Source of the DNA: Leucoraja ocellata
Taxonomy: Eukaryota
NCBI GenBank assembly: GCA_036785375.1
Contig: JAWMAR010000283.1
Span: forward strand, 372,001 to 436,000
Direction: 5' to 3'
Length of the DNA: 64,000 nt
A program made the position numbers and the translations under genes. The notes under the pieces are model-generated. The model was not told where the DNA came from. It saw nothing but the letters and a program-made list of their open reading frames with translations, and ran no database searches. Positions 1-12,247 of this stretch are shown one piece after another. Every line of letters starts with the position of its first letter. Positions within the stretch are counted from its first letter, which is position 1.

Positions 1-794
1 ATCACCTTCCTGTTTGCATGCTCTTCTCCCTTGGAATCGACTTTCTTGTCATCTGAAGATGTTCAATTAGTAATATTGCTTACGCCTTTTTATATTCCTT
101 TCCCAAAACTGAATATAACTTCAACAGGGCCATTTTCCATTGTTTCCTCATTCCAATCCATTAGCTAGGCAGGTGGCAACCAATTTCATAGTTATACTAC
201 TATTTATCTGGATTAAATCTACCATTGTGTGGAAACAGTGCTAAATAATTAAAGGCTGGGTTTAGCTGATGCATGATGCAAATACAGATAGAACATTTGT
301 GCAATGGATATTTCAACATTTTTTACAATCCTATCAGTGAAGCTCTAATTTTGGTCTGAGGCCTTCAATTTGGCAGTTTGTCATTGGCATTCATCTAACC
401 TTTACTTTGTTGACCTTGCCTCAGTCTCCAGGGTCAGCCTCATTTACACACTGAAGTCAAGCTTCTCAGTGTCAATAATGCTTCTCTTTGGTAGCTTGCA
501 TTTTAGAAGGAATTCCACCATCTGCCATCTACAAAGCATATATTGATATTGGAGTTATGGGATTATAGAACCTTAAGTGCTTCTCATGACTGGCTATTGT
601 TGAGAAGGGTGCACTGGAGAAGAAAACTCCCTTGTACATATCTCTTCCCTTGGTTCTTAAATAGTCTCCTCTCTAACAGGTTGTGTCCACTTAGTCGACT
701 GTGCGACTTATTCATGTATTCACTCATACCTTTGCTAATTGACTCGCAGAAGGCAGTCCAGGAAATGAGAGGAAACGTAAATCAAACTATCATC

Positions 795-1080
795 AATGCA
801 CACCTTCAGATTCAGGGACAGTTTCTTTCCAGCTGTTATCAGGCAAGTGAACCATCCTACCAACACCTAGAGAGTGGTCTTGAGCTACTATCTACCTCAT
901 TGGAGACCCTTGGACCATCTTTAATCAGACTTTACTGGACTTCATCTTCTACTAAATGTTATTCACTTTATCATGCATCTGGACACTGTGGATGGCTCGA
1001 TTGTAATCATGCATGACTTGTTAGCACACAACAAAAGTGTTTCACTGTACCTTGATACATGTGACAATAAACAAAACGAA
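795..1080 (+). mobile_element. Rex1/Babar-type non-LTR 3' end remnant
   Basis: Degenerate ORF end (cagattcagggacagtttctttccagctgttatcagg, RFRDSFFPAVIR-like) followed by a 3'UTR ending ttcactgtaccttgatacatgtgacaataaa, similar to other copies in the window. Confidence 0.65.
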
Positions 1081-1225
1081 ACTTTGAGGACACACATCTG
1101 ACCAAGTGAGGAGATGGCCATGATTCATTACTGTTTTCATGTCTCATTTTTCTTGAACCTATTCACTTATTTGCATCCAACTGTCCAGTGAAACTTAAAC
1201 CCATGATGCCAAAAGCTACATAAAA

Positions 1226-1508
1226 TCCTACAGCATGGGAACAGACCCTTCGGTCCAACTTGCCTATGTTGACCAAGGTGCCCTGTCTACACTAGTCGCA
1301 CTTGTCCATGTCGCTCTAAACCTTTCCTATCCATGCACTTGTCCAAATGTATTTTAAATGTTGTTATAGTATCTGACTCAACTACCTCCTTTGGCAGCTC
1401 GTTCCATATGCCCACCACTCTTGTGTGAAAAAGATGCCCCTCAGGTTCATATTAAATCTTTCCCGTCAGACCTATGTCTTTTTGGTTCTTGATCTCCCTA
1501 CTCTGGGT
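1226..1508 (-). mobile_element. CR1 (HER1-like) LINE 3' fragment
   Basis: Reverse complement resembles the CR1 3' region at 7236-8150, including the SINE-shared tail (gaaggg.ctgtt.c..gctgta). Confidence 0.75.
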
Positions 1509-2987
1509 TCCCCGATAGCTGAAGAGATTTCAACAAGATGGCATTGCAACAACAATATTTTGCTTCTCTGATTCACCAACAATGACAATTATCTTCCTTT
1601 GTCGGCTATTAAGGGATTTTCCAATGTATATCATATATTTCTCGTACCTCGTTGCAGCACTTGGTTGAAAACTGTCTTGATTGCAAGGGCTGTTCTTTTC
1701 CCTTCTTGACATCTAGCTTCTAAGTCTAAATAATAACCCAAGACCTAAAAACGGGCTAGCCCAACCAAAGTATAAGTAAGTAGGTTGGGGGTGAACAAGT
1801 GCTAGATAAATGACGTATTGGCAATTTCTTCCATCACTATGTTCACTGTAGTGTTTGGCTGTGAAGTTGTCAGGAATAGTTCAATTATTGCAGATGGAGA
1901 AATGTTGAATGGTGACTTTGGAAAGATAGTTTTGATTGTATGTATTATGCAGGTACTCTTAGGTAGGCCAAATGCACACGGTATGAAGAACTAAACAGAC
2001 AGTTCATAAGCACAGGATGGACATTTACTTGCATTTATTTCAGTGGAACTGTCTCTGGAGATATTTCTTGTTATGAAGTCGGACTTTGCCAAGGGCTGAC
2101 ACCTGCAGCAGCTCAGTAAATGTCATGTTACTGTAGGTGAAGATGTATTCTTCAGGATTTGGAAGAATTGGGAGCACTGCTCCTTAATGAGTGGATAGAT
2201 ACTGAGAATGTGGTAATGTGGTTCTGCACGTACCTGCAAACAAGTACCTGACAGTATGTTTCAGTAGCAATTAATTCAATATATTCTCCTACCATGTCAT
2301 ATCTTTGCTGATCATTGTCTGGTATTTCCAGTTGCATAACTTTCTCATCTCAGCAACATCTATTTTATTATACTGTATTGCAGGGTCTCTGTTATTACCA
2401 AACACTATAGCATATTGGAGGATAAATTTGGTGGATGAGTGTACCTTATTTTACCTGGACATAGTTGCTATGGAGACTCATGAGTTTGAGCTGCAGGGCT
2501 TAAAATTAATCTCCTGGGAACTAATTTTACACTCTCTTTTTCTGGGTGGCATTGCATATTGCCTTAAAACAAAGGGATGAGAAATGCTGCTTAAGCTGCA
2601 GACGTTTACCTGCATGCTTCTGTGCAGATGGTGGCTCATTAATAGTGGGGTAATCCTTTGCAGTCATGAATGAACAATTATTGTACACTGAAGCACACAG
2701 GGCCATTTGGGTACCATCAATAACACACTGGACCTTGGGTAACCTTGCTACTTGAAAAATGCTGTGGCCCCTCATGCTGTTGTTGGCTGTCCACGGGGAA
2801 AGTTAAGTGCTACCTCTGGCAAACAATGCATCAGTCACCTACTCTATACATCTGTGCACTGCAGATTTACTGATGTCCCCAGTGGGAGCCTAGATTGGAG
2901 CTAGAGGCATAAAACACGAGGGCAAAACTGGACTCTAGCACAAACTAGATATTGGTTTCCATTCAGAATGAAACATAAAGCATAACT

Positions 2988-3274
2988 TAGGACTTTAGAG
3001 ACACAGTGCGGAAACAAGCCCTCAGCCCACCAACTAGCTCACCCCGTACACTCGCACTATCCTACACACTCGGAACAATTTACAATTTTATCGAAGCCAA
3101 TTAACCTACAAACCTGTATGCCTTTGGAGTGTGGGAGGAAACCGGAGCACCTGGAGAAAATGCACACGGTCACAGGGAAAATGTACAGAAATTTGGACAG
3201 ACAGGACCCCTAGTCAGGATCGAACTCGGGCCTCTGGCACTGTAAGGCAGCAACTCTACCGTTGTGCCACTGTC
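2988..3274 (-). mobile_element. tRNA-derived V-SINE (HE1-like)
   Basis: tRNA-like head (gtagagttgctgccttacag...gagttcgatcctgact), V-domain (ggtgctccggtttcctcccacactccaaag) and CR1-like tail on the minus strand. Confidence 0.85.
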
Positions 3275-3319
3275 ACAGAAAATTAAAAAAAATCAAAACC
3301 AAACTAATGTAAAATGTAA

Positions 3320-3796
3320 TCTATATAACCAAAAGTCTCATCTTGACCGTGTCAGCGCTGAATATTGATTTTAGGAAAAACGCTACCATATATCGCTGTG
3401 ATTTTTGGCCATCTTACTCACAGTCGTTCTCCACTGACGCAGCCCCGAGGATTTTTCCGATCGATGAAAAATAAAAAAGTTATGAATGTTTAAAAAATAT
3501 TGAGATCAGCTGATTGGTCATCTCACCTGTCAATCACCATGATGAAGGTAACGCCCCTTCCGGGGGGGGGGGTGGGGGGGGTGGCAGGAGTAGAAAGCCC
3601 AAATGGTATGAAATTGCATTTGAATTTGGAGGCCTACGCTCTGCTTGAAATGGCATAAAATTGCATTTGAATTTGGTGGCCTGCGCTCTGCTTGAAATGG
3701 TATGAAATTGCATTTGAATTTGAAGGCCTGCGCTCTGCTTGAAATGGTATGAAATTGCCTTTGAATTTGGTGGCCAACAGGTCCCACTTAGGCTAG
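3320..3796 (+). mobile_element. Non-autonomous Helitron-type element
   Basis: Starts TC(TATATAAC), ends ...GTCCCACTTAGGCTAG, inserted between A and T with no TSD; 3' end matches the element at 48997. Confidence 0.7.
3601..3775 (+). repeat. 47-bp minisatellite (about 3.7 copies) inside the Helitron
   Basis: Unit aaatggtatgaaattgcatttgaatttggtggcctgcgctctgcttg starts at 3601, 3648, 3695 and 3742 (last copy partial). Confidence 0.9.
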
Positions 3797-3877
3797 TAAT
3801 ATTTTATTTCTAGCTTCAAGGCTCATATATATAGGCATGGCTGCTTTCCTTGCTGGAGGTTGGAAAGAAATAGTGGG

Positions 3878-4008
3878 TTTGTATACTTGGTATAAGTGCA
3901 AATTGTCCCAAGTGTGTATAGGCTTGTGTTAATGTGCGGGGAATGCTGATCGCTGCGGACTCGGTGGGCCGAAGGGCCTGTTTCCGCGCTGTTTATCTAA
4001 ACTAAACT
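3878..4008 (+). mobile_element. V-SINE 3' half
   Basis: ggactcggtgggccgaagggcctgtttccgcgctg...ctaaactaaact tail. Confidence 0.8.
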
Positions 4009-4387
4009 ATTCACTGAAGAAATGTACCTTTTACTTCTATATTTATGGTCTATCAGAGTATTTCAATTGGCTGCTCAGTCGGCCTGACGACATCAGCATT
4101 GTTCTTCACCAACGATCCCCTTGATTGACATTTGACAACAGCTGATGGCAGGAAAGTCTGACTCAGTGATGGTTAGATATTTGCGGGCAGATTCCTTCAA
4201 AGTCATTGGAGAGCAGAGTTGCTTCATCACAGATTGCTTCAATATTAATAAGTAAGACACAAACAAACTTACGTAGCAATTTAGTTGAGCAGAGCTAATA
4301 TTCGATATGCTATTATATATTTGATATTCAGCTCAGAAAACAGTACAAATTCCATTAAGTTGTTATAAAGCTCTCACCCATTTCTGG

Positions 4388-4525
4388 TAGGAGATTCCAG
4401 GATAGGATAGGTTCAGAGGGATATGGGCTAAATGCAGGCAGATGGGAAAAGTGTAGCTGGAACATGTTTGTTGGTGTGAGCAAGTTTGGCCAAAGGGCCC
4501 ATTTTCACGCTGTATGACTGTATAT
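4388..4525 (+). mobile_element. CR1 LINE 3' end
   Basis: gataggttcagagggatatgggc...ggccaaagggccc...gctgtatgact, matching the other CR1 3' ends here. Confidence 0.7.
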
Positions 4526-5316
4526 GTCTCAAACGAAGTGCAAATACATAACATTGGTTAACATTGATCGTCAGGGATCTCTGCACATGTTTGCTCACTG
4601 TTCATTAGGCGCTTTAATTTCGACACAGGGGCGGGGGGTTTGATGGAGCCAAATTTGCAAGCTTAACCTGTCCCTTATAAACACACCAACACAGTACAAA
4701 CTGTGATTTATTCTCACCAATATATTTTAATTTCTTAAAGGCAATGAGGGCTCATAGCGTTCTGCACAATTTACAGAAATCTAACACTTATTTAAAAACA
4801 TAAAACTTCTTGGTCATGTAGCACCTAAAAATGTTGAGCTCCAAGCACAGCACATATTCAAAAGCTGCCTGACTGCATTCCACAGATGACGCTTCTCAGG
4901 GACAAAAAGCGAGGAGGTTTATAGGCTACATGCGTTGTGTTTTTAATATGCATACATTTATCCTTGTAAGGTTCCTTTCCACCTTGGGATAGATACAATT
5001 CATTGTCCCAAGAAATAATTCATGAACCATTTTTGATGTGAGACAACTTTATTATTGGGTAACCAAATTTCTTCCAATTTCTGATCTTTCCAGAGCTTAC
5101 CAATTTAACAATCGTGTTTCTCAGTTCCATTACTACAACTTCAATTTTATTACTTGTTTAACCCCCTTATGACCGGCAACATTATAAACACTGCATTGAA
5201 GTCCCTGATTTATCTTCCTTCTGGGCGAACAAGTTTGATTGTCCTTCTCCTAAGTCTGGAATTCTGGAAATAGTCATTTTGTTTAATAATCTCAAGAGTA
5301 TCTACATTCGTTTTTT

Positions 5317-5618
5317 TTAGTTTAGTTTAGAGATACAGCACGGAAACAGGCCCATCGGCCCACCGAGTTCGTACCGACCAGTGATCGCCGCACATTAACA
5401 CTATCCTACATGCACTAGGGACAATTTACGCATACCAAGCCAATTAACCTACAAACCTATATGTCTTTGGAGTGTGGGAGCAAACCGAAGATCTTGGAGA
5501 AAATCCTCACAGTCATGGGGAGAATGTACAAACTCCGTACAGACAGCACCCGAACTTGGGTCTCTGGCGCTGCAAGCACTGTAAGGCAGCAACTCTACTG
5601 CTGCGCCACCGTGCCACC
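5317..5618 (-). mobile_element. V-SINE (HE1-like), full length
   Basis: Head ggtggcacggtggcgcagcagtagagttgctgcc, V-domain and (CTAAA)n tail on the minus strand. Confidence 0.85.
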
Positions 5619-5644
5619 AGGGTACATTCTTGACAATGTTTCGG

Positions 5645-6105
5645 GTTAGGTTTATTGTCACGTGCACCAACATACAGTGAGAAGCTATTGATTGCCTGCT
5701 ATCTAATCAAATCAGATATTATACATGAATACAATCAAGCCAAAGAAGTCTAATGGTAAGAACAAAGGGAAAAATATCAGCGTGCAGAATATAGTTTCTC
5801 TACATGGTAGTATAATTGTTCTAGAGAAAAAGCCCAATGTCTGCAATGAGGTAGGGTGGGAAATTGGGACTGTACTCTGGCTTATGGGAGGACTTGTTAA
5901 GAAGTTTAATAACATAGAGGAAGAAGGTATTCCTGAGACTGGTGGCATGTGTTTTCAAATTTTTATATCTTCACCCGATGGGAGCAGGGATGAGGCAGAA
6001 TGATCGGGATGGTAAAGGTCTTTGATTATGATGGCTGCTTTCCTGAGGTACCCTGAAATGTGGATGGGGTCAATGGTGGGGAGTCTGGTCTGTGTGATGG
6101 ACTCT
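5645..6105 (-). mobile_element. Rex1/Babar-type LINE 3' fragment
   Basis: Minus strand has the ORF-end signature (cagtccatcacacagaccagactccccaccattgac), as at 56460, and a 3'UTR ending gtgacaataaa. Confidence 0.65.
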
Positions 6106-6109
6106 CTGA

Positions 6110-6610
6110 CCTTCTCCTTGGTGAATACTGATGGAAAGTACTCATTCAGTCCTCATCAACGACACCCTCTGACTCTAAGCATAAATTGCCTTCTTTAACC
6201 TACAGTGGTTCTATCCTCTCCCTAGTTATCCTCTTGTTTTAACGTATGCATAAACAGCCTTGGGATTCTCTTTAATCCTATTTGCTTCAGACATTTCATG
6301 GCCTCTTTTAATCCTTCTAATTCTCTGCTTGAATTCCTTCCTGCCTGCTTCCTCAAAGGTCCTGCTTGATTTCACCTTCTTAAACCCTATGTATGCTTTT
6401 TTCCCCTTTTTGACCAAATTTACACCCTCTCTCGTTATGCATGGCCCCGTTACATTGGCATCCCTGTCCCTATTCCTGACTGGAACATGCCAGTCATGAT
6501 CTTTGATCAGTTGGTTTTTAAGCGACTCCCTCATCTCAGATGAGGACTTACTCAATAACAGCTGCTCCCAATTTACTCTCCCTAGCTAATGCCTAATAAT
6601 GTTGTAATTA
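6110..6610 (-). mobile_element. CR1 ORF2 internal fragment
   Basis: ORF 6226-6555 contains ANRIKENPKAVYAYVK, typical of the CR1 ORF2 linker. Confidence 0.7.
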
Positions 6611-6886
6611 AAAGTACAATTAGCATTATACAGCGGGCTTGCTGCCACTAGGGTAAGGTGTGATAATTTTATGCTTTAAATTCCACATCTTGATGAAACC
6701 AATTTAACTGCACTTAAAAACCACAATTTAAGATGTTATAAATCCTTATAGGTTCAATGGTACTTTATTGCCACCTGTACCATGAAATTCATTTTTCTAT
6801 ACAGATCGGTACGTATCACTTTACATAAGCACTTAGATAAATGCCTCAGATAGAGTACAAATGTATAATGATAGTACATTTATACA

Positions 6887-6950
6887 TGAATGGCGGTGCT
6901 GGCTCGAAGGGCCGAATGGCCTCCACCTGCACCTATTTTCTATGTTTCTA
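6887..6950 (+). mobile_element. Very short 5'-truncated CR1 3' end
   Basis: tgaatggcggtgc...cctattttctatgtttcta, the same terminus as at 33407-33470; flanked by tataca on both sides (possible TSD). Confidence 0.75.
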
Positions 6951-7235
6951 CTATACACTGTGACAGTATACAGAGTCGCCATTTTTTAGAGCCATTTTCA
7001 ACTCCTGGTTGTTATAAGTGTTGCTATATACAATTGCAATTGTTCTGCACATTGTATTAATATCTACCCATATTTTGACCTGGTTGCTATGAAGAATATG
7101 TAAATATACCATAAAAATATAGACTACAATTATCTGGCTTACAGATATGAGCAACAATCTTAGCGAACTATTGATGTTTTTTGGAAGGTACAACCACAAC
7201 TCTCAGTTGGTCAACACAAATCTTACATAAGATTA

Positions 7236-8150
7236 TCTTATAGAGGTATACAAAATCATGAGAGGAATAGATCAGGTAAACACACACATTCTTTTGTCCA
7301 GAGTAGGGGAATCGAGAACCAGAGGACATAGGTTTAAAGTGAGGGGAGAAAGATTTAATGGGATAGAAACATAGAAAATAGGTGCAGGAGTAGGCCCTTC
7401 AAGCCTGGACCGCCATTCGATATGATCATGGCTGATCATCCAACTCGATATCCCATCCCTGCCTTCTCTCCATACCCCCTGAACCCTTTAGCCACAAGGG
7501 CTACATCGAACTCCCTCTTAAATATAGCCAATGAACTTGCCTCAACTACCTTCTGTGGCAGAGAATTCCACAGATTTACCACTCTCTGTGTAAAAAATGA
7601 TTTTCTCATCTCGGTCCTAAAAGACTTCCCTCTTATCCTTAAACTGTGACCCTTTGTTTTGGACTTCCCCAACATCAGGAATAATCTTTCTGCATCTAGC
7701 CTGTCCAACCCCATAAGAATTTTGTAAGTTTCTATAAGATCCCCCCTCAATCTTCTAAATTCTAGCGTGTACAAGCCGAGTCTATCCAGTCTTTCTTCAT
7801 ATGAAAGTCCTGCCATCCCAGGAATCAGTCTGGTGAACCTTCTCTGTACTCCCTCTATGGCAAGAATGTCTTTCCTCAGATTAGGAGAACAAAACTGTAC
7901 GCAATACTCCAGGTGTGGTCTCACCAAGACCCTGTACAACTGCAGTAGAACCTGAGGGGTAACTCTTTTACACAAAGGGTGGTGGGTGGGTGGAGGTAGT
8001 TGAGGCAGGTACTATCGCAATGTTTAAGAAACATTGACAGGTTTAGAGGGATATGGGCCCAAAGCAGGCAGGTGGGACTACTGTAGATGGGGCACGTTTG
8101 TCGGCGTGGGCAGGTTGGGCCGAAGGGCCTGTTTCCACGCTTTATGACAT
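7236..8150 (+). mobile_element. Older CR1 3' fragment, split by a younger CR1 insertion
   Basis: 7236-7362 (LIEVYKIMRGID...RTRGHRFKVRGERFN) resumes at about 7950 (aacctgaggggtaactcttttacacaaagggtggtg) and runs into the 3' tail. Confidence 0.8.
7363..7953 (-). mobile_element. Young CR1 LINE, 5'-truncated
   Basis: ORF 7436-7975 (LVRPHLEYCVQF...RRLRGDLIETYKI...FFTQRVVNLWNSLP) with an intact 3' tail ttctatgtttctat. Confidence 0.92.
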
Positions 8151-8556
8151 ATACATGATGCACCTTTATTTGTTCTATATATTTAACTCGTATTACCAAT
8201 GGAATCTTTAATATCTTGGCCAAGCTTGTTATTTGAAAGCATTCTGCCGTTTCTAACAAAGCAAAACAGGCTAGGTTGTGTATCAATATTCCACAATATT
8301 CCAATGTTGCATGATGAGATTGTTAATTCTAGTTATGGAATTCTGCCCGGATTTGCTGGATGACTAATTGCGAGATTGTCAGTCACTCATAATTATTTGA
8401 AGAAATTGGCCAACAATATCAGCATTCAAATTGTGCAATTAGAATCAGTGGAATTCTCTGAGTCACCCTGCTTCCCTGCAACTTTGTCATGTAAAAACAT
8501 GAGCGCTTCAACATTCAAATACATGAAGGATATAAAATGTTCACCCAATAGACAGA

Positions 8557-8584
8557 CTGAAGAGGGTTTCGACCCGAAACGTTG
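8557..8584 (+). ncRNA. Minimal type I hammerhead ribozyme core from a Penelope-like terminal repeat (fragment)
   Basis: CTGAAGA-GGGTTTCGACCC-GAAA-CGTT: CUGANGA box, stem II, GAAA box and palindromic ACGT helix III. Confidence 0.6.
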
Positions 8585-8589
8585 CAGAA

Positions 8590-8930
8590 CCCTAGTGTAC
8601 AGAGCCCTAGTGAGAGCACACCTGGAGTATTGTGTGCAGTTCTGGTCCCCTAATTTGAGGAAGGACATCCTTGCTACTGAGAGAGTGCAGCGTAGGTTTA
8701 CAAGGTTAATTCCCGGGATGGCGGGACTGTCATGTGCTGAGAGAATGGAGCGGCTGGGCTTGTACACTCTGGAGTTTGGAAGGATGAGAGGGGATCTTAT
8801 TGAAACATATAAGATTGTTAAGGGTTTGGACACGCTAGAGGCAGGAAACATGTTCCCGATGTTGGGGAAGTCCAGAACCAGGGGCTACAGTTTAAGAATA
8901 AGGCGTAAGCCATTTAGAACAGAGACGAGG
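8590..8930 (+). mobile_element. CR1 ORF2 fragment truncated at both ends
   Basis: YRALVRAHLEYCVQFWSP...RMRGDLIETYKI...RTRGYSLRI; no 3' tail. Confidence 0.88.
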
Positions 8931-9012
8931 TGGCTGCTCAAAATTATGGCCAGCTGTAATAAGAATGAATAGCAAAGAGATCCAACCACAAGATCCAAAC
9001 CACTGCAATTAT

Positions 9013-9270
9013 AGACTTTAGAGATACAATGTAGAAACGGGCCCTTCGGATCCGCGCTGTCCATGATAACCCTGTACACTAACACAATCTTACACACTAG
9101 TAGGGACAATTTACAATTTTACCAAAGTCAATTAACCCACAAACCTATTCATCCTTGGAGTGTGGGAGGAAACCAGAGCACCTGGAGAAAACCCACGCAG
9201 TCACAGGGAAAACGTACAAACTCTGTACATACAGCACCCAAGTCTGGATCATCTCTGGTGCTGTAAACAA
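9013..9270 (-). mobile_element. V-SINE (HE1-like)
   Basis: V-domain and tail as in the other copies. Confidence 0.8.
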
Positions 9271-10004
9271 TGTCACCCTAAACTTATACTTGAATATCCT
9301 GCTGAAATTTACCATGCATTGCAGCTTGAGATAGTTTATGGTTACTTCTAGAGGTCGGTAAACTGTTCTGGAGTTACATAGCCTAAATAACTTTACAATC
9401 GGGTTTGAATTATATAAGGTGCTGCAGATAGTTCTATGGAGCTGGCTTTGAAGATATGAAGTTTCAATTTAATATCTCGCTAACAAACTATATATCAAGT
9501 AGGTATCAGGTACTACGACAAAATGCATCTTGATAAGTCTGGAAGTCTGAATCTGTACACAATACTGATCACTTTGAATTTGGAGTCTAACTATATATGC
9601 TGCCTTTTTGTCATCGTACAACCCCTGGTAGGTGTATTGTACGAGCATTGGAGCTGACCACAGGATTATTCAAGAATCAAATCAATGAGTATAAATGGAT
9701 GTCCTCCATAAACATTACAAGATATATGTGGAACTAATATTTACAAAATTCAATGCAACAAAATATATTTAATCTATATATGCCTTGATGGATCAAAGTA
9801 AAAAAAAGCAAAGCGGGAAAATTATTAACCTTGCAAATGAGTGCAGAGTTGAAATCAAATACAATTCGAGAAAGAAACAGGTGAAACTAAAGATAATGGA
9901 TTCCAAGTTAAAATTGTATACCTGTATGTGCAAAATTCTTCCAAAATTGTATAAGCAAAAGGATAGAGAAGTTAAAATATTAGAGGAATCAAAGATTTGA
10001 TTTT

Positions 10005-10117
10005 GTCTGAAGAAGGGTCCCGACCAAAATGTCACTTGTCCATGTACTCCAGGGATGTTGTTACTCCAGCTCTGTGTCTTTGTTTTGAAAACCAGCTTCT
10101 AGTTCCTTGTTTCTACA
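10005..10117 (+). mobile_element. Penelope-like terminal repeat fragment with decayed hammerhead
   Basis: gtctgaagaagggtcccgaccaaaatgtcac...ttactccagc...agttccttgtttctaca; GAAA box mutated. Confidence 0.6.
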
Positions 10118-10949
10118 TTTAAACATTTGATTATAATGTTTAAAATCCTTAGACCATTACCTTGAGATTAATAATCAGAGAGAAGACTGAAGCACCAGGC
10201 GTACATTTTCTGCAATTTTTCCTGAAGCAGAACTGGACTGAAATCGACCAAATCCTCAATAACATGAGAATTACATTCAACTTACCCCGGTACTTAGATT
10301 GAGAATGAGAATTTGTGTAAGACTGATTCCCCCTTTCAATTTGAAAAAGTCGTGATCAGATTCAAATGAGATTCATGAATAACTCTTTATCTGCCCGATC
10401 TCAATATTAAATGCAGATATTTGCTTTGTTATATTGTGTCTTTGACTAAAAAAAGTATTATGCAGAAACTTAGCAATAGGCAAAAAGAAACCAAATAATA
10501 AAGGAGACTGGGAGCAACTGTTGGTAGAGATAGAGAGGGGCAGAGATGGAGAGGCATGGGTTTGTTGTTAAATGTAGGACAGAGCGTGAGAAATTTGTTT
10601 AGGCACAAAGGATTGCGAGGTTGTAGAATGTATGAGCAACATTAGTGGGATGTGGTGACCTCTGCGCACGGAAGCATTGAGGTGACTGCTGGAGGCCATG
10701 GATAGCGCATTTGCAATGTACGCGGATCGTGGTGTTGGTGGAGGTGGCCAATGAACGTCCCACAGCAACTGGGCAGCGAGTAGAGAGAGCACAACCTGCA
10801 GCAGTTGCAGGGAGCAGTGGTAAAAGGAACCAACAGCGTTGTGCTGGGCCAGTGCTGCCAGGACACCAGGCCTTAAAGTGAGAAAATAAGAAATTACACA
10901 TCTCCGTAGGCCTTGACCAAACTTTAGACACTTGAAAGTTGCAAGATGA

Positions 10950-11375
10950 CACCAGAACAGGGTGACTCTTTGTATGCTCTTCCAGAAGATGATCTACCTA
11001 TAATTGTTTCTCATTTTTTACTTGCTTATGATTGTACTCATGTACTGTATGATTTGACTGGATAACACAAAACAAGCTTTTCACTGTTTCTTGGTAGATG
11101 TAATAATAAACTAAACTATACTCATTAATGGTGTGCACATAGCCACCGTAGCGCCGACTGCAGGGGCCTCAATAGGCCCGATTATGGGTGGACAAGGGGA
11201 TGGGGACTGGACTTTGTGCCTTCCCTCACAGTGGGAACCATTGTGGGGGATGTTTTTATGTTTATTGTTAAATTCTTTAATTTTGAGTCTTATCTTTATT
11301 TGTGTGCTGCATGGCAAGTCAAATTTCACTACACCAATTGGTGTATGTGATAATAAATGTCCTTTGTATCCACAT
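10950..11375 (+). mobile_element. Two adjacent Rex1-type 3'UTR remnants
   Basis: Ends gcttttcactgtttcttggtagatgtaataataaactaaact (about 11115) and tttcactacaccaattggtgtatgtgataataaa (about 11357). Confidence 0.5.
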
Positions 11376-12247
11376 TGACCAGTTATTTTGGCAGCAAAAC
11401 CCAGTCCAATGAACTTGCATTCAATTCTATCATCCTTCTTTAAGCATAAACAATTTGCGACAAATTCAGCCTCATTTCACATTGTAGGTGTTCAATAGAA
11501 TCTAAAATTAATCAACATGAATTCTTTCCAAGATAGAACCCTTCACTTTTAAGAAGGTGGTTAAAATGCTAATATTGACTTTGTTCTTAGAAAAAATATA
11601 CTTCTCTTTACAACTCAGATATTCCTCGCAAAAAAACAAAATCAATCCAGAGTGAGTAATGATAATGGTGAGATATTGAGGGAAGTTAATTAATAACATA
11701 TGCAAGCTTTCAGATTTCCAATACTACATTGAATTATTTTGCCTATTGCCACCGTTCTCAAACCATTAATCTTAGTACCACTGGTAATAGCTATTAATTT
11801 TTTGAATAGTAGGTTTTAAAGCAGTATATGTGGAACTATGAAATTGCTAGGGATAAGGTGAAGGGACAGAAATTTGGCAAATAGATTTCAATGAAGAAAA
11901 ATGTAATGCAATTCACCTTGTGGACCTAGAAGACAGAACAAAGTACTTTCTGTATAGTGAAAAGCAGAAGTGAAGGGAAGCTTGAAACTAATGGTGACGG
12001 CAACCTTGGCTCATGCACTAGGAATGTTAAAGCATATTTATTGGAAAGACGTACTAAATTTATTTCTGGAAAGATGGGGAAATTGACGGTTATGGGTATC
12101 CGTACAGGAGTTGAGGCCAGCATAGATCAGCCGTGACACATTGATTGGCAGGGCAGGCTTGAAGGGCCCAGTGGCCTAATTCTGCTCCTATTTTGTGATA
12201 TTCTTATGTTTTGGTCACCCTTTTAAAAATATGAGTGGAGAGAAAAT

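Noticed and set aside
543-1016. 157-aa ORF
   Set aside because: Non-ATG start, runs across a Rex1-type remnant, no recognisable protein
3601-3775. Regular repeats that might be a CRISPR array
   Set aside because: Head-to-tail 47-bp units with no unique spacers, in vertebrate DNA with no cas genes; this is a minisatellite
8376-8972. 198-aa ORF as a gene
   Set aside because: Chance read-through from unique DNA into a CR1 fragment
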